NCBI GenBank assembly: GCA_965644265.1
Contig: OZ286459.1
Span: forward strand, 82,088,001 to 82,152,000
Origin: Glycera tridactyla
Lineage: Eukaryota
Reading direction: 5' to 3'
DNA length: 64,000 bases
In this document: piece after piece, positions 12,787 to 26,130 of the stretch
Layout of the letters: every line of letters starts with the position of its first letter
Position numbering within the stretch: the stretch's first letter is position 1
Made by a program: the position numbers and the translations under genes
The notes under the pieces: model-generated
Told to the model about the DNA's origin: nothing
What the model saw: the letters and a program-made list of their open reading frames with translations, nothing else
The model's database searches: none

Positions 12787-14039
12787 TGATGATACAGAAT
12801 GAATCTAATATCCATCATATGGTATGTCATATCATATCATTTATGGATCCAATTTGGAGACCACATGGAGCGCTAGCCGTTCTTGATTACACACTTTCGT
12901 GTTCGCACCCATCTTGTATGTAAAAAGACAGTGAACATGTGGGGTCGTCTTACACACTTCTGAAGCCATGTACTGATGGTGGTAATAAATAAAGAGGTGT
13001 GATGGAAATGAAATGATACATCGTACATATTACTTCTGTACAATTTCTATCATCCAAGGACCCATTTGAATGATATAGCGTGTAGTGGAACTCAAAATAG
13101 TGTCGGTGCCCTGGATGCACCTACATCATTTTGAGTGTATTAAATTTCTTGTGAGGTCGATCCCAGGACTCGTACAGTTTGTTCTTCGATTACTGTTCCC
13201 ACCCCACGTACTCTAAATCAGTAAGTGGTGCCATATCATATTGAAATCACCTTGGGACTGTGACGCCCTTTCACAGATTCCAATCTGCTTATATCGGGTC
13301 GTCATAAGTATCGTAAATCCTTCTAAATTCAAGTTGGATCGCTACGGTACAGGGCCATCAGTCCCATGTATTTGGTTTATGGTATGTGAGAAATGGATTT
13401 CTTTCACGATTTGTCGGAAATTGTGTCAAGAAATGGAGTTATTCAGTGGTGAGAAGGAGTTTGGAACTATCGAAGGTTTTCTATGATGGGTGAGTAAATT
13501 TTGAGAAACTTAACTGATCGTGAGTTGGCGTAGGGCAGGTGGAAGTCGGGTGACATGAGCATAACCACTCGAAGTCTACCATCACGCGCTCGCCCTTACC
13601 TCCCATACATTAGCATTTCGCATTCTGGATTCGAAGGCAACGCCATCGTCGAAAGTCAGCATTGCTCAAGGCTATTCTTCAGTGTGGCTTCATGTCTGAT
13701 TTTTTTTCCGGTTGCTATGAATAATTTAGTTTTATCCAAAGTCCACCTCAGACTGGTTGATATCATGTGTTTGTTTGATTGTTTGTTTGTTTTTGCCCCG
13801 TGAGCACCATCTGGACCAACCATCTGCCCTTCATGGGTCCCAACTGGTAGGTGGAGATTAATTAAATGTACAGAAACTCAAAGGTTCGTTTCTGATGCTT
13901 ATATCACGAGGGGAGTAAAGCCGAATCTGTCTACAAGGACCACCCTTCTGTCGAATCAGTGTTTTTTTGCAGACAGGTGGACTTGGTGGAGGGGTTGTTA
14001 ACTGAAGAGAATACTATTACAGTCACTGCTGGGGTTGAC

Positions 14040-14260
14040 CTCTGTAATCAGGTGATCTCAGTTCGACTGTATTATCATTATCGTTCGGGATATTGGGTCT
14101 TGAACTTCGAAACGTAAATCGGTTGATCACTCGGTGGCAAATTGCCTGGAATAAACGAGTATCATACCTAGGATAGGCGAGCAAGAGATGCCTCGTATGA
14201 GCCGAAGGCGTGCGATACGAGAAAGACTGCCGCATACGCCATCGCGTGTTCGCACTGTCC
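14040..14260 (-). mobile_element. Possible I/Nimb-like LINE 3' remnant
   Basis: Peptides RIARLR, HTR and HLLLAYPRYDTRLFQAI resemble the RLRIGHT...EHILLxCPRY C-terminus of I-group LINEs. Heavily degraded. Confidence 0.25.
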
Positions 14261-16018
14261 ACTCATAGATAAAGGCACCATCTGATAAAGATGTTACCTG
14301 ATGGCGTCTTGGCACCAAGAAACAATATGCCAATTATGACTGTAATTCACTGTCATAGTAATCCCATCCTGTGATGGAAGAATAATCCACGTAGATGATG
14401 GATGATGTCTTTCACCCCCGGCCTGACAAGTACGCTAATATATCATCTCCAGTTCTGACCTTTTAGGAGATGCTGCATTCCCACTTGCTCTCTCCGTCAC
14501 GTGGTGCGGTGAATAAATGACCCATGAGACATTAGGACAAATCTAGTAATATTTCCATGTATCATGTCAAAATGTGATCAATCTAACACGACAGATGATC
14601 CATTATCTTGCGTCAAGTGGCCCCTGCCACGAATAAATTAAGTCCGTCAATCTTCCAATATGCCCACCCACTGATTTTTAGTGCTGTCTACCTCGAAACC
14701 AAATTATAAAGTTTTACGAACAGGGCAAATAACTGTTGATATCACAATGCATGGAATCAGCAGCGAAATATATTTGCGATACATTTCAATATGTGCATGA
14801 TTCAACAATCACCCTATTTAATAGGTAGGCCATGATGATAATCATTCCTGGAACGCAGTTGTTGTATAACAAAGTTATCAGGCTCTTACAACTGACATAG
14901 CCTGCATTTGGTGACGCAGAACTAGAATGAAGGGTGCAGAGCGAGTCCCTCATGCGTATATCCACGAAGGATTGTTCATTTGTTCAGCCAAGCCTGAATG
15001 CACACGAGATATAATAGTTTCATTCACTGCTATCTAAAGAGACATAGGGACTGCAAAACAGAAGTATGTCTGTCCAGATGAAGATAAGGTAGTTTTTATA
15101 TATTAAAGATACGCGCAGTTAATGTCAAAACATTCATTCATTCATTCATTCATTCATCCACTCAGTCAGTNNNNNNNNNNNNNNNNNNNNNNNNNNNNNN
15201 NNNNNNNNNNNNNNNNNNNNNNNNNNNNNNNNNNNNNNNNNNNNNNNNNNNNNNNNNNNNNNNNNNNNNNNNNNNNNNNNNNNNNNNNNNNNNNNNNNNN
15301 ATAAAGGTATGTTATTGATTATGTATGGAGAAAGGCGATTAGTGGAGACAAGAATTATAATTTAAATTCAGTTTGAACGTTGGGAGATGATGAGATGTGT
15401 ATGTATGATGTTCTTGTAGTGGGATCAGAACAAGATGCAGATTGAACATTTCACTGGTGATATCGTAGTTCTCATCTGAGCCATATTGATTTCATCTGAT
15501 CATCTGATTATAAGCACGTATGATGCTGCCGCTATCACATCGACACATCACGCTGATGATACTGCATTCATTTCTCGTTGTGAGATAAAAAATCATCATT
15601 GCGGCAAATCGAATGAGTCTCTGGTGAAGTCCAGCGTTGACTGGCCATAACAATTCTCGGGATTTAGATAACCCTTTATGGAACCATTCACACAATACTT
15701 CATACTATCCTTTCGAGAGTCACGTTGGGAGATGTGAAATGTCAAAGCTAGTACAAATCCTGAAGATGTCACCCATCGAGGCAGCATATTTCATGGTACT
15801 TCCATCATATGTTATGACGGCCTTCGCGTTGAAGCAGGAAAATTGACTTGCTGCTCCATACGACAATCGTGAATGTCATGCCGCGCGAGAGGTTGGCTAT
15901 GAGCGATGTCCTTCGACTGAATGGAATAATAATGAAAAAGTGAATGTTTTAAGCCAGGGTCCTGAAATTCGCGCGGTTGTTCCATTCGAGGGCATGAACA
16001 GAGACGGATCCCATGAAA

Positions 16019-16300
16019 GATCATCATCATCATCATTACAATTATTATCATCATCATTATCATTATTATCATGATTATCATTATTATCACTAATATTATC
16101 ATTGTTGCTATCATTTTTCATCATCATCATTATTGTTATCCTTATTATCCTTGTTATTTTAATAATAATGATAATAGTTATCATTGTTATCACTATTACT
16201 ATCACTATCTTCATGATCATTACCACAGTCAAAATTAATACTTTCATTATTAAAAAGGTTTTTACTATCATCTCCATCTCTACTATGATCATTATGAGTT
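16019..16300. repeat. Degenerate (ATC/ATT)n region
   Basis: Direct inspection. Confidence 0.9.
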
Positions 16301-16908
16301 TGATGTTATTTTTGTAGAGTTAGACCACTCCATTCAGCCATTCATCTCATATTCAGGAACATAAAGCGAACCTCGGGTCAGAGCGGTTGGACACGTTGGA
16401 TGATCATATATATCGACAGCCGGTGATAGAAGTGGAAAAGGATGAAAGCGCACATAATCACAGGGCGTTAAGTATGTGTATTCAGGTGTTCACAATTTAC
16501 ACTCCTACAAATGATATATTACTTACCCATGGCCGATCAGGACAACGCTGAATTGATTCGGCACGGCATCGGTTCTTCCAATGACCATGGTAATCATTAC
16601 ACATGGTCAGTTTGAGATCATCAATAGAAACTCAATATGGAATATATAATACTTCCCATTTTGTGCAAGTCTCACTTTTAGGTCACATACCAGTGAGATA
16701 TCGGTTAGTAGCAGGCAGTAAATGATAGGTAATGTGATCATGCTGCATATCAGTGAAATTCATAATCATCTCGATTCCTTCAATCCACCAGTTCTCTGGT
16801 GGAAGTGGATCAGATCAAGAGACTGCAGGAACTACACACAGAAACGGGATACAGAACAGAAAAAAACGCAAATGAATCAAAACTGCTGACCTCTCGGAAG
16901 CTGTCATA

Positions 16909-16978
16909 CCCTCTCTCTCCTCCTCTCTCTCCCCTCTCTTCCCCCCTCTCTCTCTTTCTCTCTCTCCCTCTCTCTCTA
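16909..16978. repeat. (CT)n-rich tract
   Basis: Direct inspection. Confidence 0.9.
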
Positions 16979-17464
16979 AGCAAACTTTCTGTTTTGAACT
17001 TGCACCGTTGTATCTGGATCCCTCATCGGACGGCCTGTTCACACAATAAAACGCCCACATACCATGATCTTGATACAAAAACCATCAATTCCAATCTTTT
17101 CTGGTCACAATAATGTGTTGCCAGCACAGCGCAAACACAATTTCGATTCAGCCCATTCTTTTTGAACAATCCAACGACCCATCTCCAATAGTTTCAGTTT
17201 GTCCCTAAACTGTTTTAATCCTGTATTTATCACGGGACATACCAAGAATAAGCTGGGGGGGGGGGGCTAAATCATTGGCACACTGACGAATCTCTCTGGG
17301 GATGAATTCCCTAGTCGCATAAGCATGTTGCCTTCGCCAGGAGGTGGCCTCTGCGAAAAATGACTTTCAGTGTATTCACTCCTACGGTCACATCATGAAG
17401 TTGTGTTTGTTAGCATGTTGCCTTTCAATAAAAGTTGCTTCATGATCGTGCATCTCAAATGCAT

Positions 17465-17803
17465 CGGCCCAAGGAAAAAATGAAACGAAATCTGCAATTG
17501 GTAACATGATGAACTTACACAGGTGTGGATGTGACGAAGGGTCACAAGTGGCCAGAAAAAAAATGAAATGAAATCTGCAATTGGTAACACGATGAACTTA
17601 CACCGGTGTGGATGCGACGAAGGGTCACAAGCGGCCGGAGGAAAAAAATGAAATAAAATCTGCAATTGGTAACACGATGAACTTACACAGGTGGGGATGC
17701 GACGAAGGGTCACAAGCGGCCGGAGGAAAAAATGAAATGAAATCTGCAATTGGTAACACGATGAACTTACACAGGTGTTGATGCGATGAAGGGTCACAAG
17801 CGG
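17465..17803. repeat. Minisatellite, about 4 x 83-85 bp
   Basis: Unit GAAATGAAATCTGCAATTGGTAACACGATGAACTTACACAGGTGTGGATGCGACGAAGGGTCACAAGCGGCCGGAGGAAAAAAT starts at 17482, 17565, 17650 and 17734. Confidence 0.95.
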
Positions 17804-18356
17804 TGTCACCTACTTGCATCCATTTCACCAGTATGAACTATTGGAATTTCCCTTCGACGGAAATGCTCATTTGTTTTCATACCACTTTCAATAGCATGCC
17901 GGAAGATGAACTCATTTGTGGTAGAAGACGTTTCTGCTGGACGAACTCTGATAAGAAAATGCCATAGACAATCGTTAACTAGATCTTATGCCAATACTGT
18001 GAACATTTCCTGTGATTACCCTTCCTGAACGTCACATTTATGTCTTCAATGTGTGGCACGGAACTGGAGAAGTCAAGTTCAATTCTGACACGGTCCACAA
18101 CCACAAAAAAACTCGGAGGAGAGAACAGCTGAAGCGACGCTCATACTGCGATTCGAATTCAAGATATACTTGTCAAGAGCATCGTCACTTTTGAAATCCG
18201 CGATCTGCTAGTCAGAAATTTGCGCTCCAAAGACTAGAGATAGACCACTTTGTTTGATTCCCAGAGTGGAAACTCTCCCCACCATCACCTGGCTATGACA
18301 TCTTTCTTTATATTGACCCCAGTCAATGAGACGTTGAATTGCATTTATGTGAAGGA

Positions 18357-18526
18357 CATGATAGAGCAAGACTATATGGCCGTGAAGTGAAAACGCAATA
18401 CCAAACGAGGTGTGAATTTCGCCGGATGCCATGAAGCCGAAGGCCAAGTGATATCTGGAGAAATTCACACCAAGTTTGGAATTGTGTTTTCACCTCACGG
18501 TCATGTAGTCTTGCTTTTATCACATG
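18357..18526. mobile_element. Fold-back MITE-like element (about 65-bp inverted arms, 39-bp spacer)
   Basis: The left arm 18357-18420 (CATGATAGAGCAAGACTATATGGCCGTGAAGTGAAAACGCAATACCAAACGAGGTGTGAATTTC) is the approximate reverse complement of 18460-18526. Confidence 0.8.
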
Positions 18527-18861
18527 GATTATGGGAGAAATCATCAAAAACTAGTTCTTGCTCAGCTGTGAAGTATCACATGCAATACTCAACACCTGAT
18601 ACTTCACTGAAAATGGCACATCCATGTGATCATATACATAATGGAATCCCGTTATCTTGCATATTCGCAAATCTCGGTTGTTTTATGTTTAGACTGACAC
18701 TCGAACTCAGATTTCGCACGACGTATCACATCACCATATGTGCCATGAAAGATTAGCTGCGAAACAAATTTCATCAAAATATTTCATCAAATATTTCATC
18801 AAATATGATGTGGTATAACATGATATGATAAGGAAACCTCGACTAGTCCGGACCACGGTCA

Positions 18862-18920
18862 TTGCATGGGCGTCTCAATATAGCTCAGGAGGTGCGAATG
18901 AGACAGTAAAAACCAACCGA
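18862..18920 (+). repeat. Representative copy of the dispersed stem-loop family Z (probable SINE/LINE 3' tail)
   Basis: TTGCATGGGCGTCTCAATATAGC-TCAGGAGGT-GCGAATGAGACAGTAAAAACCAACC. Other copies at 21(+), 9020(+), 10716-10765(-), 21411(+), 24381(+), 32303-32370(-) and 39652(+); partial copies at 555, 13767-13815(-) and 22428. Confidence 0.8.
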
Positions 18921-21187
18921 TCTCGAATTGGGTAAATAATGCGTGCTATTTCACAATGTCATGAGGTCAGGTGATGGTCGCTTATCTGTGAGAAAGGAAA
19001 TCGGAGCATGGCTGAAAGGTCAACGAAATTATTCTCAGGGGACTGCTGATGGGTTTTTACCTGCACAGGGACCAACTCCAATCGTGGCAGCAAGCAAAAG
19101 TTGATCATCTGAAGAGTGATGATAAAGAATTCTGGTCATGAATAGGCTGCATCAGGAGGCAGCAGGCCGGGTGATGAGGTGAGATGACCCCCTGCCTTCA
19201 TTCATCATCCCTCTCCCTGCCTCCGAGACCAGTTATGAATAGCCCAACAAGTCCAAGTTGTGGCTGAAGTGCTCCGCTGTGCCACGCCGCAATTATACGT
19301 CTTGTGAATTATATATCAAGTGTTGAACGCCACACTGCCCACCATCATCGACAATACATGTCACTTTGACATCCGATCGACATCTGACGCTCGGGCGTGA
19401 AAGACATCTAAGCCAATCCACCAATCCCATTCATCAATCACTCTCTATACCCATGTCAGCCATCGGCTCTATAGTGATTCCACATTTTGATTGACAGCAT
19501 CACACGCTAGCTGAGGATTGACAGCAGTACACGCTAGCTGAGGGAATAGTTGCATTTCTTGAATGAAATGGGAGAGTCGAGAGAGGACCAACAACCTGAA
19601 TGTCCAATGAGGGAGGGCGCTCTGATATATCAAACCATCACTCAATGATTATCCAGGCATCTCCTTTCGGATAATGAACGAGGACGGGATGAGTGGGTCA
19701 CAAGTACTCCCCCCATGCACCTTGTATGGATTTCACATTATACCATTTCGAGAGCGGATGGTGCAGTATCCACCTAGTCAGTGACGTTCTTCTCCGCGAT
19801 GCAATTCCTGATCGATCGACACAAGATACAAGATACAAAATACTTCATTACGCAAACGAGTCAAAAACAGGCAAATAAATGTATGACCGGTAGGTGAAGG
19901 AATTAAAATTAAGATATATATTGAGGACATGTGCATGTTGAATATAGTCATAATAATGTTGAGCCATCAAGCGAATTTATACAAGTAACTTTTCTGTCCA
20001 TGGACATATGTATTTACACCATATTCAGAAGCATTTAAATGGTAGAAGCAGAAATGAAGTTTGGTGAAACAGTTTACAAAAGCAAGTGTATCCCAAAGAT
20101 GTGATTCACATTGGTCAAACAAGGGGTAAATCTATCGATCAATCAATAGTGAACTCTATCATTCATGGGGTCCAAGAGTCATGTTGTACTTTATGTTTTA
20201 ATTTGCAACCAAACATATGGGTTATCAATTCGATTTTATTTGTGAATCATTTGCCTCTTGGGCCGCATCTCCTTCTGAGGAGATATATCGGTTTCCGATT
20301 ATCTGAATAAAAAAAAAGCAGAATATATCAACATCCCAATTGTTTCTAATCACTAACCTATCATTTGGCATGAACGCAGAGATGAATCAGATCAAAAGAA
20401 TAATGCACCATTTTGCAATTTATGCGATCATACGAATATGTGAAGAGTGCTGTTATACATTGATGAGCTGAGCTCCTGCACAGATGGGTGACCACAAATG
20501 ATGAGGTTGGCCATCGGAGGCCAGACGTGCAAAATCCCACATACCTGTATCACGCATGCTTCACGCACATCTATTTGGATACAACATGGGTGTGGATGGA
20601 TACTTGGCTATAGGCGGTGATTGCATTTGTAATGTGCTTAGCTAATACCGTCTTTGTTGTAGTTCTGAACTTCTCTGAACTTCTCTGGGAGTCGGGGACG
20701 ACTCAAGCATAAGCATGCCTATCAAGCGAGGTGATTGTGAAGCGGGGTTGATCTGTCATGGATATCAGGCTGTAAACAAATATGATCATTTTCCCACACT
20801 CACCCTCCATTCCAATCGAGAAGCATTTTTTATGAGTGAAGCAGCTTTTTATTCCCCTGAATATGAATGAATTTCAATTTTGGGAGGGGGGAATTCGAGC
20901 GAACGCTTATTCATAAACTAAGATAGAAAAGCTTAAATTGTCATATATCGTATCAAGATAATCAGAAACTTACCAAAAGTTCGTGACAAGATAATCAAGG
21001 CGATAAAATTGATAGATCGCCTATCCTAAACCCATGGTATCATCAATCAATTGAGCATGTCGTTCCTTAACAAGACATATATAAATGAACGAATGGAAGG
21101 CCGACTGAGGTCCCATGAAGCAATCGAGAGGAAAAAGAAGTAGATGGAGCGGATGACTCACGCGAACTATCTGTACGATCTTCATCC

Positions 21188-21218
<31 letters not shown>

Positions 21219-21247
21219 CATCTATCTATCTATCTATCTATCTACCT
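21188..21247. repeat. (TATC)n microsatellite
   Basis: Direct inspection. Confidence 0.95.
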
Positions 21248-23845
21248 ATTTACTCATTCATCTCTATACACGGTCAGCACCCGAATCTGTCTTGATGTTC
21301 AGAAAGCAATGTTGACTAGTTGAGCGCGTGCAGTTTTCTAGCACCTGGTTCTATGAGCAGCTGCACACACCAGCCTCCAAAGAGGACGCCCGGATGATCT
21401 TCCATATCCAATGTATGGATGCTTCAATATAGCCCTGCATGTGCTGACAGTGTGCCAAAGAACACCCATTAATTACCCTTGTCTCCATGATCGACCTTGA
21501 ATCCGATACTTTGGAATGGGCCGTGTATCAAAAATTGTTCCCGATTGGCCGAAATACAGAGCTAGGGTTTGATTCTTTCACCGTGAATGGAGAGCCATGT
21601 GAACTGAATCAGTCTAATCGTACATATCCACAATCAACTCTAGTATATTATATTTTGTACCAACTTCGGCTAAGGTACCCATCCCATTGTTGGCTAGACA
21701 TTATAAGTATGAAGGACTATGAGTTGACCTGAGTGTACCTCAATCTCAACAGTTTTATTTCAAACCGGTGTGCTGACTTCCGGACGTACGTTATCCATTT
21801 TTCTGCTCCAAAATCTCATCACACAGATCTTTCAACACTACATAAGCTAGGAGTAAATATTCTATCCATGAGAGATGACTAGCTTCAGCTCCTAGCTACC
21901 TACACAATGACTGTTGCCGGAGCTCATATCTATTTGAACTTACAACCAGCCAATGGTCGTATTCGACCAAATTTCAATGCCCCAAGGATGAATGAAAAAG
22001 CACAGCTTCAACCCAGCATGATGCAATCCTCACAATTACCTTATCAGCTGTCTTATAACGACAATATCTACCCGTTTCCCTCTCATTTCGACAGTTTCCC
22101 AACTTCTGGGCATAAAGCAATCAGTGTTAGTGGCAGGTCATATGATTTGAATCAGATTAATCGTGATCTAGACCGTCGGGTTACCCAGTTGTCATTGGCA
22201 ACTTGATCCCAAAGATAAATGGGCTGATTCCCAAGGTCACGGCGACGCAGCAACCCATTAGGGAATCCGACATGTAGCGTATGACATGCTGCAGAGATTG
22301 ATATGCCGAGAACATCCAACTTAGCTCGGCTTCTGGATCATTATCATCTGATGTCTTGTGAGCACCAGTTGCGCTGTATTGGAAAGCCCATGCAATACGA
22401 TAATTGATATTCCTCCTGATCGATACGTTGCATGGGCGTTTCATGCCCTATTATCAAATTGCCAAGCGCAACTGGGAATACCGATCGGTTACAATGCTTA
22501 GACATTCTGGAGAACTTCAAAGGAGATGCAATAGTAGTTAATTGTAAGTGTTGTTCTGGTGATATAAATGTGAATTTATCAATAACCATACCATTTGAAT
22601 ATCCGGAAAAATAATATTAGGTGCTTAATCTTGGTTATAGATTATTGCACTCTGGCTTGGGGCTACATGTCACTTGTAGTTGTCAGATAGCAGAAATATA
22701 AACTGAGTACTGATTACATCATCAGCCTTTGGATGTATGACTTGTATGTCAACTTACTTCCCACTAGTGGCGAAGTAGGAGAGGTAGATAATCCCTTCTC
22801 AAGCCAATTGCATGGGTTGCACATTATAGCATTTTTGAAAATCGAAATAAGGGTGAGTCAGAACCGACTGTTCTGTTTGATATCCATATATGTTTGTCTG
22901 TCTGTTTATCTGTCTGTCCCTCTCTCGAATTCGGCGTCCTAACTACATCCGTAAAAATGAGAAAACGATGCCAACAGATGACCCTCCTTCCCAATGCCCG
23001 AACCACCACCACCACCTTGTGGCTAATCGGTAATATACCAGTCACGCTTGCGCAATTCGTTCTTCTTTATTCGACCTGCCATGGCGACCCACAAGAGAGC
23101 ATGCACTACATATGTGAGACAAAGAAAGAGTCACGCGGAATATATGAAGAGACAGCCTGTGACGAATGGCAATTGATGGTCTGAAATAAAGACCGCACAT
23201 ATGTTATCCCAATGGAACAGTTGACACAAGTTCCGTCACTATAATCAGACGTGTACTATCCTTGTCTCAGCTTGGGTTTGTTAGAGTGATGAATGGAGGG
23301 ACACAGTAGGCAGCTCTCATACATCAGGAGCATATATAACCCTTTGGGTTTTATGCAGTCAAAACCCAACTAAACAATCGGCCAACATTTTCAATGTATA
23401 GATATTGCCAGTATCACTGCTTAGATATATACAGTCACTGTATAGGACACGTTTTCATCCGAATAATAAGGAATAGTCCGTGTTTCAATTGACATATCTA
23501 AATAGGGATAAAAGTCGACTGGTTGAAGAATGATGATAAATCGGCATCTGTTGTGATTTCAGGTGACCCAGAATCGGACTCGTTTGACCTACATTCTACA
23601 CCAGGGACATAGTCCTGAAATGCCCTCATTCCGTGTATGATTGCAAAATTATTCCCATTCGCGAGTGACCCCGATCTGGTTGCCTTCAATCACTTGATGC
23701 TGAGGCAGGCTGCCGATTTTATCTTTTTTCTCATTGATATCAATCTATCTTTGAGGGCCCGGGATCATTCTTGAATGTTCGTACCCATGCTCATGGTTGT
23801 ACAGCCGACCGACTAGAGAGAGTCGGTTGTTTAATGTAATAGGCA

Positions 23846-24090
23846 GCCAACCAACCTACCCATCAACCTACCAACTAGCAAACCAGTCAGACAGTCGACT
23901 AACTAGTCAATCAACCAACCAATCGACTATCAACCTTCGAAGCGACTGATCAGCCAACCAACTAGCCAACCAACCAACCGAACAACCAACCGAACAACCA
24001 ACCAGCCAACAACCAACAGACCAACTAATAAAGGAATGGAAGATCAAGCAGTCAACCACCCAAGCTACCAATCAACCACTCAACACCAAA
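23846..24090. repeat. Degenerate (AACC)n tract
   Basis: Direct inspection. Confidence 0.85.
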
Positions 24091-25719
24091 TCTCACCACT
24101 GGTGTAGAAGGCAACTTATTCTGCCAACGCTACCCATCCCCGGCCGTAATCTCACCATTCTTGGCATTTTCTCTGCAACATATGTGATGTGTCAAATTCC
24201 CGGTATATACGGAGCCAACGAGAGGCTAAAAACTGATAGTTCTTCACAAGTGACATTATTCATGGGATGACAGCTTCTCTTTCAAGCATATGGAACTTCT
24301 AGTTCTCGTGCATTTAGTAAATGTCCAATTTTGTTTGAAACTGGGAAGGGGAGGGGTCGGATGATGTCAATGATGATCATGCATGGGTGTCTCAATATAG
24401 CACGTAGGGCGCTGAGACCACGGAAATCAATGACCTGACTAGAGAAGTGGAGTGAGGAGTGGAGTGAAGTGAACTTATACACAACAATTCAAGTGACAAT
24501 GAAATTGGCATATTTTCACTCTCAAGTCATAAATTCGAACGAGTAATTCCGGGAAACAAAGGCCATCACCAATTCTCTCCCAAAAGCATACAACAAATGA
24601 CCTCATTTTGTACAGTGGCGTCAAGTGCAATTAATCGACGAACAGCTTTATTGGATGCATAATTCAACAATAATAAAATATGTATGACATCAAGAAGACG
24701 TGGTCATGATGATAATAGGTTCACATGGGCATATCCTCACAAGGACCGGTATGCTGGGATTATGCTACATATTTTATAGCCATGACGGCACATCGAAAGC
24801 CCATAGCTGATTATGTAGTCAGAAATGCGCAGCCAATATACAGCCTAGTCATGAATACTTTATATTCGCCTTCCAATGTCGGCCGTTATACGCCAGTTTC
24901 GTGAAATTGCCTTTTTACTAGGTCAAGCGAATATATTGGGAACAGGTGAACTGATCGAACCTTCACAGTATGATGATGAACATTTAAGGTAAACCATAAA
25001 TCAAGACCAAAGAACCGAACTTCATCATAAGTACTTGAAGCTTGAACTTCGGTTAAATGTTTCACAGAGACAAATGATTTGAGAACATGGTTTTATCGGA
25101 CAAAATATGCGTGTTTGCATTCGAATTCTTGGTTACAAATCACAGTCGTGATGTGCAAGAGTCTTCAAACATGACACTTCCATTATGAATGTAACATTTA
25201 CATTGTCATTTGCCTTATTGCGTCAGATTCCATACAGCAGATGTAGTTTCAATGGATCATGTATGATGATTTAGATACTGGACATAGTCAATTTCTGCCA
25301 TTTTTCAAGGTGAGCATAGGTACATCAACCGTTCTGTGTAATCGGCAGGCAAAGGTCTTCTAATCATATCCAATGTGATCATGCATCAGGGAATCTCCCC
25401 ATCGTGATCATGTTCAACGTCATCATCATATCTAACAAAACGTATTAAATCTGGAAGATATCAAGTACCATCTCAAAAATATTATACCATTTCTCATATT
25501 TGCGATATCATTATCGGGAAAGTTTTACGAAATGGACACTGAAGCCCGCGGTAAAGGTGGGCTAGAACTAGATGATGATGACCGGTGATTATGCTGATGG
25601 TGGTGCAGAATGATTGAAGTGAATCATTGAGCAACAGCAGCAACAAAAGCTGGGTTATTATCAGTAGCAGTGATAGTAATAGTGGTAGTAGTATAATTGG
25701 TAGGAATAGGAGTTGTAAA

Positions 25720-25895
25720 CTCACTGTGAAATCCGAACGTGGCGGATACGTTTCCAGCGATATATTTGCCATTTCTGCAACGAATCCGATGGCATGATCG
25801 GCGCATCTTCGTATGTAAAACACTGGAGATACGGCCGCCGCACTTGCCGCGAAACCAGCATGAAATTGACATATTTGAAGCTATAAGCGTAATAT
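25720..25895 (+). repeat. Dispersed repeat family Y, copy 1
   Basis: GAATCCG..GGCAT.ATCGGCG...GTATGT.AAAC..TGGAG.TA.GGCC.CCGCACTTGCCGCG.AACCAGC.TGA.AT.GACATATTTGA is shared with about 37933-38040. Confidence 0.8.
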
Positions 25896-25899
25896 TGAT

Positions 25900-26130
25900 A
25901 GAACATCGATCGCAATAGTTGTAGTAATGGTATAAGTATTAGTGGTAGTTTCGGCAGTAGTAGGCATGGTAGGAGTAGTGGTAGTTATAGTACTTGTAGT
26001 AGTAATAGTATCTGTGTTGGTAGTAGCAATAGCATTAGTAGTAGTAGTTGGAGGAGGAGAATTAGGATGAGGTAGAGGAGTATGAGGAGTGGGAGTGGGA
26101 GTTGTAGTGGTAGTGGTGGTCTTGGTGGTG
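25900..26130. repeat. Degenerate (GTA/GTG/GGA)n region
   Basis: Direct inspection. Confidence 0.9.

Noticed and set aside
17465-17803. CRISPR-like array
   Set aside because: Units are contiguous and near-identical with no unique spacers; eukaryotic context; no cas genes.
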